The notes: generated by a model not told the origin, from the letters alone. A stretch of 64,000 nt of DNA from an uncultured Nitrososphaerales archaeon (GCA_963695855.1 CAVOHZ010000010.1:960001-1024000); one strand, 5' to 3'; shown: positions 1 through 11,697, numbered from the stretch's first letter. Numbers and translations: made by a program.

Positions 1-135
1 AAAAGATATCGTGACATTTCTAATATTTTACAATATCTCGAATTACAGAATCATGAATAATAATAACATTTCACTATAACGACATTACATGAAGGAGTAA
101 CATGATATCTTAAAGATTGTATTATTACGCAAGAT

Positions 136-807
136 CTAACTAGTTGGGAATATGTTACCCTTTGAATCTTCCGATTTGTCCTTACCCTTTGAATCTTTCG
201 ATTTGTCCTTACTCTTATTCTTATCTGACTTTTTATCTTCATTTTTAGTATCAGATGAAGATGATAAGGCTCCTTTGTCTTTAACCTTGCATATTCCTAT
301 CTTGGTATCGCCTTCATCAGAATTAAAACCAATTATTTTATCCATCTTATCACAAATATATTTATCAGCACCTTCTCCACCAGTAAGTTCATCATTTCCT
401 GGTCCACCATCAAGTTCATCAGCACCGGGCCCACCATCAAGTTGATCATTCCCCTCATCTCCATTTAATATATCATTTCCTTGGTCACCTTTTAATCGAT
501 CATTCCCCGTCTTACCACTTAGTAGATCATCTCCTCCAGCACCCAATATCTCATCATTGCCTTCACCCCCTCTGATCTTATCATTATTAACAGTTCCCTC
601 AATTATGACGTCCACCTTTATGGTTCCGTAAGAGTTGGAATCAGAAGTATTAACCGAATTTACAGCCTCATTTTCAATAATAGTAGTAGAATTAACCTGA
701 CCATTTACCTCACTTAAAGAGATAACTACGTTAATTGTTACTATAAATAAAATAATGGTTGTTATAAAATACACTCTTATAAAATACATATGATTTAATA
801 TAAACAC
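136..807 (-). CDS. Secreted RTX/hemolysin-type Ca2+-binding repeat protein
   Basis: N-terminal hydrophobic signal, tandem GGxGxDxL nonapeptides, Lys/Asp/Ser-rich tail. Confidence 0.85.
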   Translation of the reverse strand: MFILNHMYFIRVYFITTIILFIVTINVVISLSEVNGQVNSTTIIENEAVNSVNTSDSNSYGTIKVDVIIEGTVNNDKIRGGEGNDEILGAGGDDLLSGKTGNDRLKGDQGNDILNGDEGNDQLDGGPGADELDGGPGNDELTGGEGADKYICDKMDKIIGFNSDEGDTKIGICKVKDKGALSSSSDTKNEDKKSDKNKSKDKSKDSKGKDKSEDSKGNIFPTS

Positions 808-1127
808 TATATTCTCATTATACTGAATTACTAAAAAATTGATCTATCTTTTAATATTGATTCTAGCAAGCTTTCTTATTTCCGTTACGGCATCAAATTA
901 ATAAATTTTATTTTATATCTTTTTCATATTGCCATATTCTATTTAAAAGAGAGACTGTGAAGGCATTTATACAAATCATATATTATAGTAAATTGTTTGG
1001 ATCTATAAATGAAATTCCAAATATGAAATAATAAAAAAGAATTAAAAAAATTCATCAATAATTTTAGGTGATCATTCTAGATAAGATATAAATAAATCAT
1101 TTATATACATTGACAATCAAATAATGG

Positions 1128-1736
1128 TTATCTCCTAAATGAGTTACCAAGGAACGAATTTTTCGGATATTTATATTTGGGTATTTTTGGTACTATTATT
1201 CCTTTATCCACATATTTGCAATTACCCGATACGCGGTCATGTTCCAAGGAATTAAAATCTTTGATTTTGTCTTTTTTATCACATATAAATTTATCAGATC
1301 CTCCACCGCCAGACATCTGATCCTTTCCGAGTCCACCTTCTAGAACATCATTCCCTTTACCTCCGTCTATTTCGTCATCTCCTTCTGCACCGTAAATCTG
1401 GTCGTCTCCAGAGTCGCCATTAACTTCATCGTCACCCGGTCCACCTTCTAGAACATCATTCCCTTTACCTCCGTCTATTTTGTCATTTCCTTCATTTCCA
1501 TGCAGGGTATCATCTCCTTTACTACCATCAATTGTATCATCTCCCGAACCACCTTTAAGTTTGTCATCTAATTCCGTTCCTTCTATTATAACATGAGCTG
1601 TTGGTGTAGCAACTCCAGGAAAACTGGTATTTTCGGATTCGTTATCTACGACCTCTTGGGCTTCTATATTAGTATAACCTATGGCTACCAATATTATTAA
1701 TGAAATGATGAAAAGGTATGACTTCACAGATATCAA
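1128..1736 (-). CDS. Secreted RTX-type Ca2+-binding repeat protein (paralog of 136..807)
   Basis: Signal peptide ending IEA-QE, GGxGDD repeats, shares VIIEGT...DK(F/Y)ICDKxDKI..FNS with neighbour; internal repeat with 108-bp period. Confidence 0.85.
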   Translation of the reverse strand: MISVKSYLFIISLIILVAIGYTNIEAQEVVDNESENTSFPGVATPTAHVIIEGTELDDKLKGGSGDDTIDGSKGDDTLHGNEGNDKIDGGKGNDVLEGGPGDDEVNGDSGDDQIYGAEGDDEIDGGKGNDVLEGGLGKDQMSGGGGSDKFICDKKDKIKDFNSLEHDRVSGNCKYVDKGIIVPKIPKYKYPKNSFLGNSFRR

Positions 1737-2403
1737 TTATTTTTATCGACATTTTACTAATAGCATTCCCATTTAAAATAGGTATGTTAAAATTATTCTA
1801 AAAAAAATATCTTAAAAATCTTATATCATTGTTTATAGTAACTTTTTTCCTTAATTTAAGATTTAGTGATACATATTTCCAATAAAGCTAAATACGAAAG
1901 GATCACGTTTGTTTTAATTTTATTCAAAATATTTAAAATAACAATATTAACAAAATAAATCTGTCAACAAATATTTTATATTTGTGCAAGTAAATATTAT
2001 AATAAACTTAAAATTATACAGTGTTTTTTTTATTTCATTTTTCATTTTGAAGGATTAGATTTTATCTTTTTATTTTTTTAAGAACTCGATATAATATTGC
2101 TGTTATTTCATCTCTTTCAATAATAAATGCTACAAACAGAATTAAAAATTTATAAAAAAAATTTTAAATACGGATTAAATCGAATTTAAATTCTCATAAT
2201 ATCTAATCGCTACCCTTATATTAATTAGGTTACATTTATTCAATAAAAATATTTTTATCTTTGATATTTATCTGAAATCATAATTTTTCTAAATGAATGT
2301 TTTTTATTATTTGATCATCAGTTCGCATATTCCCAAAATTTGTATCAACATATTGGTTACTTCCATTTCCTTTTCTCAAATAGCAGAATAACAAGATTTT
2401 GGT

Positions 2404-3258
2404 CTATCCTTTCAATGAACCTGCTGTAAGACCTTGGATGAGTTGTTTTTGAAACAATAACATCAACACGACAATGGGTATCAATGCTATGTTAATTCCA
2501 GCAGTCAGATAACCCCATTCTATTCTGTAAATAGAAATAAATTGATATAATGCTACCTGAAAAACTAGTGAATCAGGTCTATTTGACAAAACTATTGGAA
2601 GAAGAAATTCGTTCCAGGAAAATCTAAAAGCTAAAACTGATGCAATAGCAAGTCCTGGTGTAGATAATGGGATGATTATTCTTCTCAGTATTCCAAACCT
2701 AGAACATCCATCTACCAGGGCAGCCTCTTCTAGCTCCTGTGGTATAGTTTCAAAATAGTTTTTCAAAAGAAAGATGTTAAGGGGGATAATCAAAATCTGA
2801 AAAGTAATCATAAGTGTAAATATAGAGTTTAGTAATCCTACTTGTGATAACATAAGGTATAAAGGAATTATATTTATGATGATAGGGATCATAAAAAGAC
2901 CAAGCACTATACTTAAAAGTATGTTCTTTCCTCTAAATTTGAACCTGGCAAAAGCATAACCTCCTAGGGCACTTATGAGCACGCTTAGTCCAGTACTTCC
3001 TAAACTAACAAGTAGGCTATTTATCAAACTATGAAGCAGACGCGGTTCCGTAATTACAAAAATATAGTTTTCTAAGGTTGGATCAGAAGGGAGAATCTTT
3101 GGAGGAAGAGAGACAGCCACATCATTAGATTTTAAAGAGGCAGAGAATACCCATGCTAGAGGAACCAAAGTTATAAAGATGTAAATGAATATGACAGAAT
3201 AAATCAGCCATTTATCAGTCAAGACTAATTTTGATTTATTTCCAGAACTGTTTTTCAT
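2404..3258 (-). CDS. Carbohydrate ABC transporter permease (MalG-like)
   Basis: EAA loop IPQELEEAALVDG, WNEF motif, multiple TM segments. Confidence 0.92.
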   Translation of the reverse strand: MKNSSGNKSKLVLTDKWLIYSVIFIYIFITLVPLAWVFSASLKSNDVAVSLPPKILPSDPTLENYIFVITEPRLLHSLINSLLVSLGSTGLSVLISALGGYAFARFKFRGKNILLSIVLGLFMIPIIINIIPLYLMLSQVGLLNSIFTLMITFQILIIPLNIFLLKNYFETIPQELEEAALVDGCSRFGILRRIIIPLSTPGLAIASVLAFRFSWNEFLLPIVLSNRPDSLVFQVALYQFISIYRIEWGYLTAGINIALIPIVVLMLLFQKQLIQGLTAGSLKG

Positions 3259-4133
3259 AACTCGCTTCTCCTATTAAAAATTTTTATGTAAGTTAAAGTT
3301 AGAAGCAGATTCATAATTATCAAAAAAATGCCGATAGTTGCTCCACCCGAGAATGAACCAAATTCAAATGCCTGCCTGTACATGTATAGCGAGATGGTGG
3401 TAGTCGAAAACAACGGACCTCCTCCAGTCATGATAAGCTGTAAATCAAAGAAATTTATACTCCATACTGTTATAAGAATAAGATTTGTAACCATAAATTG
3501 TCTTAAAAGTGGGATCGTTATGAAAAAAAACCTCTTTATCTTTGTTGCTCCATCTATTAGTGCAGCTTCATAAAGAAGAGGGTTAATTGACTGAAGGCCT
3601 GCAGTCAAAAACAAAATCGTGAAGGGAGTACCGTACCAAATATTTGTTAAAACTATAGACCAAATGGCGATATTTGGATCGGAAAGCCATCCGACAGTGT
3701 CCAATCCTATCTGCTTCAAGAGATAATTCAGAATTCCAAAATTATCATCATACATGAATTTAAAAGAGAAAGCAGTTATTACGGTTGAAACACTCCATGG
3801 AATTATTAACAACATTCTGAAGATATTAGTTCCTTTTATTTTTTGATTGAGTAAAATAGCTAGAACAAGTCCTATGGTAAATTGAGCTAGAACCGACCCA
3901 CCAGCAAAAAATAAAGTTAGTTTTAAAGATTCATAAAATTTAGGTTCTGTTAGAAGGTCAATAAAATTTTTTAATCCAACAAATTCCCAATCTTTTAAAA
4001 TGGTCAAAATCGACACATTATGAATTGATACATAAATATTCCATATTAGAGGAAACAATAATAATACAACTAGAATTAGTAAGCTCGGAAGCAGATATAA
4101 ATATGGTTCAATGGTTGCTCTGTTACTTGGCAT
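3255..4133 (-). CDS. Carbohydrate ABC transporter permease (MalF/UgpA-like)
   Basis: FVGLKNF, LYEAALIDGA, MTGGGP motifs; 4-bp overlap with next permease. Confidence 0.92.
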   Translation of the reverse strand: MPSNRATIEPYLYLLPSLLILVVLLLFPLIWNIYVSIHNVSILTILKDWEFVGLKNFIDLLTEPKFYESLKLTLFFAGGSVLAQFTIGLVLAILLNQKIKGTNIFRMLLIIPWSVSTVITAFSFKFMYDDNFGILNYLLKQIGLDTVGWLSDPNIAIWSIVLTNIWYGTPFTILFLTAGLQSINPLLYEAALIDGATKIKRFFFITIPLLRQFMVTNLILITVWSINFFDLQLIMTGGGPLFSTTTISLYMYRQAFEFGSFSGGATIGIFLIIMNLLLTLTYIKIFNRRSEL

Positions 4134-4217
4134 TTCGAATATCGTAGTTAAAATATTTAAAAAATTACGGACGTTAGTTTAATATTACTTTTTATTTTAA
4201 TTTGAATTTTGTTTTCA

Positions 4218-5582
4218 CTACTTCCATCCAAGCACTTTCATTGAATCTTCTACTGCTTTATCAAGAGACTGTTTCGGATCCGCTCCTTGATAGACTTCTT
4301 CAATTGCTGTGCGTATGTGATCTGCAATTTGTGGATATTCAGGAATGTTGGGTCTACCTTTGGCGTAAGGAATAAGTGAAATCAGCTCTTCATAATATGG
4401 AATAGTAGATTTCATTTCTTTCGAGTAATTTCCTTCTGCAATGCTCTTCTGCGTAGGTAGATAGCCTTCTTTCAAAAGCATAGGCATAAGAACATCAGGA
4501 TCTAACATAATAGTGATTAATTCCCATGCAAGGTCTTTATGTTTGGAAGTTTCAGGAATGCTAAATAGCCATCCTCCCATCATGGTAGATGTTTTAGTGC
4601 TATTTTTAGGAACAGGAAACATTGTTATCAAACCTATTTTATCTTTCAGATTCTTCCATTCTTCTTTTGGGAAATGACCTAGAATCCATGATCCTTCTAA
4701 CATTACAGCAAATTTTTTATCTGCAAACTCTTGACCCCAAAAATGGTTTATTTGAGGTTTAATGCCGGTGTTAATTTGATCCCTTAAAAATTCAAGTGCC
4801 ATTACACCTTGTTTACTATTGTACGTTGGAAACCAGTAATTTCCTTTTGATGGATGACCATCTCTTAATTCTAATATGTTACCACCTAACATCCATAAAT
4901 ACGGATACCACATATCAGGTACATGATTTGCACTGGTCAGATGTATTGGTTGAATATTCTTATCAGGTAGTTTTTCCGATAATATTTTAAATCCTTGTAG
5001 ATATCCATCCCATGTTTTTAGTTTTTCAGGTGATAAGCCGGACTGATTCAACAGGTCTTTCCAATACCATAGTGCTCTGACATCTGTCCATGCCCATATT
5101 CCATATACTTTGTCTTTATATATGCCTCCAAGCCAGTTATTTTCGTACCAGTCTGAAGACTTATTCCATACTTTTGTCTTTTCAGTTATATCCGTTAGAA
5201 ATCCTGCCTCGGCAAATTCACCCAGCCAAATCTGATCAAGTGAAACAAGATCCAATTCTGACTTGCCAGCCATAGCCGTAAGAATTTGTGTTCTTGTATC
5301 TGAATATGGTAGAATACTATATTCAATTTGTATTTTTTTGTCAGGATGTTTTTCGTTTAATTTCTCTAGAGCCTTTTCAACGAGTATATCCCATCTATCT
5401 TTGGGTTCAGCAAAAATGGCAGTCAGTGTAATGGACTCTTGCTGACTATAAGAATCAATTATCATTACTGGATTGAAAACAGAAATACTACAAAATAGTG
5501 AAAGTGGTACGAGTAATAAAATTGCTATATTTTTCGGTTGAGGAAATTTTATAATATGAGTTTCATTACTACTAGACATCAA
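4218..5582 (-). CDS. Sugar ABC transporter substrate-binding protein (family 1)
   Basis: N-terminal hydrophobic anchor, LDQIWLGEFAEAG, MGGW, RP..PEYPQI motifs; co-oriented with permeases. Confidence 0.88.
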   Translation of the reverse strand: MMSSSNETHIIKFPQPKNIAILLLVPLSLFCSISVFNPVMIIDSYSQQESITLTAIFAEPKDRWDILVEKALEKLNEKHPDKKIQIEYSILPYSDTRTQILTAMAGKSELDLVSLDQIWLGEFAEAGFLTDITEKTKVWNKSSDWYENNWLGGIYKDKVYGIWAWTDVRALWYWKDLLNQSGLSPEKLKTWDGYLQGFKILSEKLPDKNIQPIHLTSANHVPDMWYPYLWMLGGNILELRDGHPSKGNYWFPTYNSKQGVMALEFLRDQINTGIKPQINHFWGQEFADKKFAVMLEGSWILGHFPKEEWKNLKDKIGLITMFPVPKNSTKTSTMMGGWLFSIPETSKHKDLAWELITIMLDPDVLMPMLLKEGYLPTQKSIAEGNYSKEMKSTIPYYEELISLIPYAKGRPNIPEYPQIADHIRTAIEEVYQGADPKQSLDKAVEDSMKVLGWK

Positions 5583-5707
5583 ACAATAACCAAGACGATA
5601 TTTTTTAAGGTTATCTATAGGCTATTATGATCTAGAAATGATTAGATAAAGCTAATGAAAATGACTAAAATTAAATAATATAGAAAGTCTAGATAACTTG
5701 ATATTAT

Positions 5708-6820
5708 CTGTCAAGGGTCAGGGTAACGGGATTAAGCAAGAAATACGGAAACTTTACAGCAATTGAAAATTTTTCAATCCAAATAGCAGATGGTGAATTC
5801 TTAGTATTATTGGGTCCTTCTGGATGTGGGAAAACAACAATCATACGATGTATATCTGGACTAATAAACCCTACTGATGGACAAATATTTATAGACGACA
5901 AATTGGTGAATGGAATTCCTCCAAAAGATCGCGATGTTGCGGTAGTTTTCCAGAATTATGCACTATATCCTCATATGACAGTCCACGACAACATCGCATT
6001 TCCTCTGAAAATGAGAAAATTATCTAAAGAAGAAATTAAAGATAAAGTAATAAAAATCTCTCAAATGCTGGGCATTTCAGAGTTGCTAAAAAGAAAACCT
6101 AGAGAATTAAGTGGAGGTCAAATGCAGAGGGTAGCATTAGGAAGAGCGTTAGTCAGAGAACCTAAACTATTTTTGTTAGATGAACCTCTAAGCAATCTAG
6201 ATTCAAAACTGAGGATACAAATGAGATCAGAAATAAAAAAACTTCAAAAACGTGTCGGCGTTACTACAATATACATTACTCATGATCAGACAGAAGCAAT
6301 GGGTATGGCGGACAAAATAGTTATCTTAAATGAGGGAATAATTCAACAGGTAGGTACTCCAGAGGAAGTTTATAAAAAGCCACAGAATATTTTTGTTGCA
6401 AATTTTATAGGAAATCCTCAAATAAATATCTTGAATTTTGAGACAATAAGAAAGGAAGATGGTCAACTAATTTCCTTGAAATCTGAGAATATGTCGATAA
6501 ACATTCCTAAGATATGGTATGATGTACTTTCGTCTTTTGGAGACTCTATAAAAAATATATCCCTGGGTATCAGGCCAAAAGATATATTTTTAGCTGATTA
6601 TAGTAATTCTAATTCTATGCATTTCAAAGGAGAACTTTGCTTTGTGGAAATGCTAGGAGATGAAACAATATATGAATTTAAACTTGAAAATAATAGTATC
6701 ATTCATGTAAGTAATTTATCTGTAGATTCTTCTCTTAAAAATGGCACCACACTCATTTTGGAAACCAAGTATGAAGATATCCTCCTCTTCAATGCCGATA
6801 CCGGAATTAGAATTTTATAA
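5708..6820 (+). CDS. Sugar ABC transporter ATPase (MalK-like); probable CTG start at 5708
   Basis: Walker A GPSGCGKTT, VFQNYALYPH, LSGGQ, LLDEP; frame open upstream of 5810 (LSRVRVTGLSKKYGNF...) back to TGA at 5699. Confidence 0.9.
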   Translation: MSRVRVTGLSKKYGNFTAIENFSIQIADGEFLVLLGPSGCGKTTIIRCISGLINPTDGQIFIDDKLVNGIPPKDRDVAVVFQNYALYPHMTVHDNIAFPLKMRKLSKEEIKDKVIKISQMLGISELLKRKPRELSGGQMQRVALGRALVREPKLFLLDEPLSNLDSKLRIQMRSEIKKLQKRVGVTTIYITHDQTEAMGMADKIVILNEGIIQQVGTPEEVYKKPQNIFVANFIGNPQINILNFETIRKEDGQLISLKSENMSINIPKIWYDVLSSFGDSIKNISLGIRPKDIFLADYSNSNSMHFKGELCFVEMLGDETIYEFKLENNSIIHVSNLSVDSSLKNGTTLILETKYEDILLFNADTGIRIL

Positions 6821-6821
6821 T

Positions 6822-7448
6822 CTAAAAGATAAATCTTCTAGGCTTGATAAATCCAAATTTTTTTTGGAAAATTAATTTATTCCAATCAATTAATAGTATT
6901 AGGATAGTCATAATTATACCTGCAACATCTATCCATATTACAGAAGCAAAGCTCAGATCTATGTTTTCTGTAATTGAAAGTAAAATGTTTTTTGATAAAT
7001 AAATCATTAGCAGATATACCGAGAATCTTCCAATCCAGAAACCTGCTATTACCTGTAATGATCGAACTTTCATAAGTCCGTAAGAAACAAAGAGCATGTT
7101 GCTTGGCAATGGTAATAAGGCAAAAAGCATAGTTCCTAAAAAGTATCCATATTTTTTCCTTTCCAAATAATCTTTTAGTTTGGCCAGACTAGATTTACGT
7201 TCGTCATTTATTACTTTTCTTCCTATAGAAGAAAATCTCATCAGTAAAAATCTTCCTAATGTAGCAGCTGATGCACCAATTACTGAAAGAAGAACAGCAT
7301 CCAAAGAAGGATTTAAAGTATAAGACATAACCACTATTGCCCATGTTGGGGGAGTGAGAATGGGTATGATACTTATAACAAATATAATTGCAAGAACGAA
7401 TAGATATGAATTTTCTGAAGACAAGAATAGTTCATTTAGGAAGTCCAA
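6822..7448 (-). CDS. DedA/VTT-like membrane protein
   Basis: Multiple TM segments, GASAATLG, LLPLPS..LFVSYG, FWIGRF. Confidence 0.6.
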   Translation of the reverse strand: MDFLNELFLSSENSYLFVLAIIFVISIIPILTPPTWAIVVMSYTLNPSLDAVLLSVIGASAATLGRFLLMRFSSIGRKVINDERKSSLAKLKDYLERKKYGYFLGTMLFALLPLPSNMLFVSYGLMKVRSLQVIAGFWIGRFSVYLLMIYLSKNILLSITENIDLSFASVIWIDVAGIIMTILILLIDWNKLIFQKKFGFIKPRRFIF

Positions 7449-7946
7449 ATAATACTAGTTCTTTAAAGGTTGGCGGGTCTATTATTTCTTGAGCAATAAT
7501 CTATAATAAATATCTATGAATCCACTGAAATGATCTTTTCAACGCGTATAATTGTCTTTCCAATTATAATTAGATGGATTATTTTATTATTATAAGACAT
7601 TATGATTCAGATATTTTGTTGAAATTTTAATTTGGTTTTAAGAATATAGATTCAGTGATTGATGACCATGCTCATATAATTTGATGGTTGTATTAGAATT
7701 AATCTTTAAAAATTAAGTTTTCATTATAAAGGTTATTTTAAAACGAACTGGAAACTACTATTTTTTGACACTGGACGAATGACCTAACTAAATATATGTT
7801 TCGTCATAAAAATCGTTGTAAAATAATTATTGTAGTGAATATCTGGTTGTAGTACTTCTGTGATTCTCCAATCCTCTACATAAAATATATAAAAAAATGA
7901 CAATTTTTGGATTTTTTTATCTGACTTAAAAATGGAAAAGATTTTC

Positions 7947-8504
7947 CTATTTTTTTGTCAGTCTTATTTTTCTTCCAGAAATTCCCTGTGTTATACTATC
8001 TATTCCTATCACCAGTAAGCTGATTGATATTATCAAAGCTAAGAATATAACTCCTATCAGAGGCACTGCAAATACTATTATAGAAGCTACGATTGCAAAG
8101 CTTCCAGAAATTACTTGAAATATTCTTAACCATTTTGCTATCTCCTTTTGAGATAATCCAGTGATCACTCTAGCCACACCTATGAATAAAAGTCCTAATG
8201 CCATTAATATTAGTAAAAAGCCAGTGGTAAATCCAGGATACGTAGCAACAAGAATTCCAAATCCAATTCCAATAATTCCTAGAATAATATTTCCCATCTT
8301 TGAAGTTTTCGCAGCCGACTCTGAGGAGCTTAAACCATGAACAATCCTTTCGATACCTATAATAATCAAAATGATGGACAGGATTGTTATCATATATGCC
8401 AAAACAAGAGCAGGATTTAAAATCACATAGAGAGATAACCCTATAGCAATAATTCCAAGTATAATTTGGGCAATTCTTAAATAAGTATTACTCATATTCG
8501 TCAA
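7947..8504 (-). CDS. HdeD/DUF308 family membrane protein
   Basis: Repeated short TM hairpins with GIERIVHG / GVARVITG. Confidence 0.75.
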   Translation of the reverse strand: MTNMSNTYLRIAQIILGIIAIGLSLYVILNPALVLAYMITILSIILIIIGIERIVHGLSSSESAAKTSKMGNIILGIIGIGFGILVATYPGFTTGFLLILMALGLLFIGVARVITGLSQKEIAKWLRIFQVISGSFAIVASIIVFAVPLIGVIFLALIISISLLVIGIDSITQGISGRKIRLTKK

Positions 8505-9226
8505 CTTTAAGAAAGCATAATAAAATGCTTTGCTTAGCCCACATTCAAAAATTCTTTAGTTGCGCCATATTATCATTTCATTATATACCTTCTTAAATGT
8601 CACACTCATATAAGAAATCCATTTTGTGAATTTGTTCCTGTAAACAATTTATATCATAGTATCAATTTTCATAGTTGCAACAAATAGCATATATTTAAAA
8701 TAAAAAATAGTTTCATTAAATGGAATTCCTTTTCTGAAAATCGAAATAAATATACAAAAGTATTACCTTTTAAAACGTGAGATACATATACAAGGAATTA
8801 AATGCAATAATATATATTTCTAGGATTGTAAATTTATAACATATTAATTCGATAACACACATCTTAAACTTTAAAAAAAGGACTGGTTCTTATTATTCAT
8901 CAAAATTCATCCTAAATACACTATCTAACATAAATTGATACCATACAGAAGTATGTTATAATCAAACCTATCAATTTTTGACCATATTTAAGATAATATA
9001 AAATAATTTGAGTACGAGATTAGTCTAATGATGAAGATTTTATTTCAAATCCTTAGAAGGTTTATAGAATAAGAAAAACAATTAGACAAATTTAAGTTAA
9101 GCAGTATCTGGTCCTTTATTATATTATCAACATTCTCGTAATCAAGTAACAAAAATAAATATATTCAATGTATGAAATTTCTACACACTTAATAGTAATA
9201 GATATTACAACGATTTTGAATAATAA

Positions 9227-10396
9227 TTATCCTATGAAGTAGAATCCAATTGCAATAATGACATACACCGCAGTTAGCATTACTCCCTCAAACCAATTAC
9301 TTTTTCCATCGTGTGCAATTAGATTAAGAATAATGGCAGCAAGGAATAAAGTGACTAATTCATAAATCGTAAATTCGAGTGTAAATGGTTGATTCGTCAT
9401 TATTCCAAATATTACCAAAATAGGTACCACAAATAAAGCTATTTGAGTACCAGAACCAGCTGCTATTCCTATTGATAGATCAATCTTTCCTTTTCTTGCA
9501 AGAATAATAGCACTACTATGTTCTGCTGCATTTCCAACTATTCCAACTATGATAGCTCCTACAAATAATTCCCCAAAACCAAATTCTTTGCTGGTTTCTT
9601 CTACCGATCCCACTAAAATTTCACTTATCACAACTACACCTATCATACTTACCGCTAACATCAAAAAAGCCTTTTTCTTACTCCAGTGTTTTGCATACTT
9701 GTGATCACCAGAAGTTTCATTTTCCTCTTCTGACTGAGGAGACACAAATAAATATTTATGCGTAACAAATGTAAATATTATTCCTGCTATGTATACACCT
9801 AATAGCAAAAACGCCAGAGCATCACTCAAAAATTGAATTTTAATTTGATTCTCGATATCGACAGGTTTCAGTACAGTGCTGGATAGAACAGTTGGAATTG
9901 CTAATCCTATTATTGCCAAGAAGATCATCGTTGACTGAAGTCCTGCATTTTGTATACTGAAAAGTTGTTCCTTTCTTCTAATACCTCCAACAATCATACT
10001 CAAACCGAAAATTAACATTATATTTCCAAGGATGGCGCCAGTTATTGATGCCTTCACTAGATCTAATAAACCAGCATTAATAGCTACTACTGCAATTATT
10101 ATTTCCGCAGCATTTCCAAATGTCACATTTAGTAGAGAACCTAGAGTAGAACCGTAATGAGTAGAAAGATGTTCAGTAGAATCTCCTATTAACTTTGCAA
10201 GTGGTAATAATGCTATTACTGCAATAATAAATAAGATAATGTGATTTGCATGGAGTAAATCTAATATAATGGCAACAGGCACAAAGATTAAAAGAAAGAA
10301 AAAGATAGATGATTTTGTAAATTTTATCATTGTATTTTTGATACAAGTATACTGTAATATTTGAGTGTTTATTAGATTTTGCATGAATTTCTGCAA
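9227..10396 (-). CDS. cax: Ca2+/H+ exchanger (CAX family); true start probably ~10330
   Basis: Two alpha-repeats: TFGNAAE and VGNAAEH; SNWFEG. Confidence 0.92.
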   Translation of the reverse strand: MQKFMQNLINTQILQYTCIKNTMIKFTKSSIFFFLLIFVPVAIILDLLHANHIILFIIAVIALLPLAKLIGDSTEHLSTHYGSTLGSLLNVTFGNAAEIIIAVVAINAGLLDLVKASITGAILGNIMLIFGLSMIVGGIRRKEQLFSIQNAGLQSTMIFLAIIGLAIPTVLSSTVLKPVDIENQIKIQFLSDALAFLLLGVYIAGIIFTFVTHKYLFVSPQSEEENETSGDHKYAKHWSKKKAFLMLAVSMIGVVVISEILVGSVEETSKEFGFGELFVGAIIVGIVGNAAEHSSAIILARKGKIDLSIGIAAGSGTQIALFVVPILVIFGIMTNQPFTLEFTIYELVTLFLAAIILNLIAHDGKSNWFEGVMLTAVYVIIAIGFYFIG

Positions 10397-10654
10397 TATT
10401 ATTGAATAGAATATTTGTGATTGTTTTATCTTTAATTATCTTTACAAAAAATATTTATTAAAAAAATTATATTAAAAATTTTAAGATTTGACATTACTTC
10501 CCAGAAAATAGATCATCACATAAACTAATAAACATTATAATTTAATTTATCATTTATGTTTATTCTAATAGCCACTTATTACATTATATTATATATTACT
10601 CATAATAAAAATTAATTAAATTTTATAAAATATTTAAAAACCCCTTTTTATATT

Positions 10655-11353
10655 TTAGATAATTGCTAAAGCTCTAATAGGAGAACCAGTTGCACCCATA
10701 ATTTTCAGAGGAACGGCGATGAATGTAAAATTATTTTTAATAATCTTTTCTAGGTTACAAAGATTCTCTATTATAATAATATTATTTTTTAGGAGTGCCT
10801 GATGTGCTATAAAGGAATTATCTTTACCTACATCTATACTTGGACTATCTATCGCCACTGTATTGATCTTATTATCTATCAAATAAGTAGCAGCTTCTAT
10901 CGATAGACCTGGATTAGAAGACATATAATTATCAGAATAATAGTGTTTTTCCCATCCAGTTGAAAATACGATTGAATCTCCTGTTTTGATGGATACACCA
11001 CTATTGACAATATCTTCTAACGAGATCAATTCATTTTGATCCTTATGAATTCTAATTATATGTGTACTTGACATAAAGAACCTATTCACGTCTATCTTAT
11101 CAACAGAATAACCTTCCTTGATAAAATGAGATGGTGCATCCATATGCGTCCCTGTATGAGTACTTAAAAACATTGCTTCTAAATTATAACCTTGAATTTC
11201 ATATTTTGACCATTTTATAAATGCGACCTCAGGCGAACCTGGAAATTGCTTGAGTGTTTGAGAGATTGATTGAGTTAGATCAATTATCATCAAAATAGGA
11301 CTCCATCTCTTAGTTATAAATTCTCTTGTAAATTGAAAAAATAGGAATTCCAA
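10655..11353 (-). CDS. Cyclase family / kynurenine formamidase-like metal hydrolase; start probably ~11290
   Basis: HTGTHMDAPSHF motif, IIENL, GATGSPIRA. Confidence 0.88.
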   Translation of the reverse strand: MEFLFFQFTREFITKRWSPILMIIDLTQSISQTLKQFPGSPEVAFIKWSKYEIQGYNLEAMFLSTHTGTHMDAPSHFIKEGYSVDKIDVNRFFMSSTHIIRIHKDQNELISLEDIVNSGVSIKTGDSIVFSTGWEKHYYSDNYMSSNPGLSIEAATYLIDNKINTVAIDSPSIDVGKDNSFIAHQALLKNNIIIIENLCNLEKIIKNNFTFIAVPLKIMGATGSPIRALAII

Positions 11354-11697
11354 GATTTAAAAAAAGCATTTTACAATCTTTTTGCTTGTTCTTGTAATGT
11401 TATATTTGTATTTTTATGACTGCTATATCAATATCCCGTACGGTGATAGCACAATATGTTACCGTTTTTAATTAGTATATCTGATTATATTATAAAAGGA
11501 GAATTTGGATCAGAAATAATATCTGCTGTATAACTGCTATTACTTGTTTATAATGTGCTCAGTGGTATTTTTTCGTAAGATCTGTTTAATAAATATTATT
11601 GTAATAAAGTATAAAATAAAAAAATTTACATTTATCCCAATGGAATTAATACAAAATCTAATGTATTAATTCCTAAAAATTATATGATATTCTTTGT

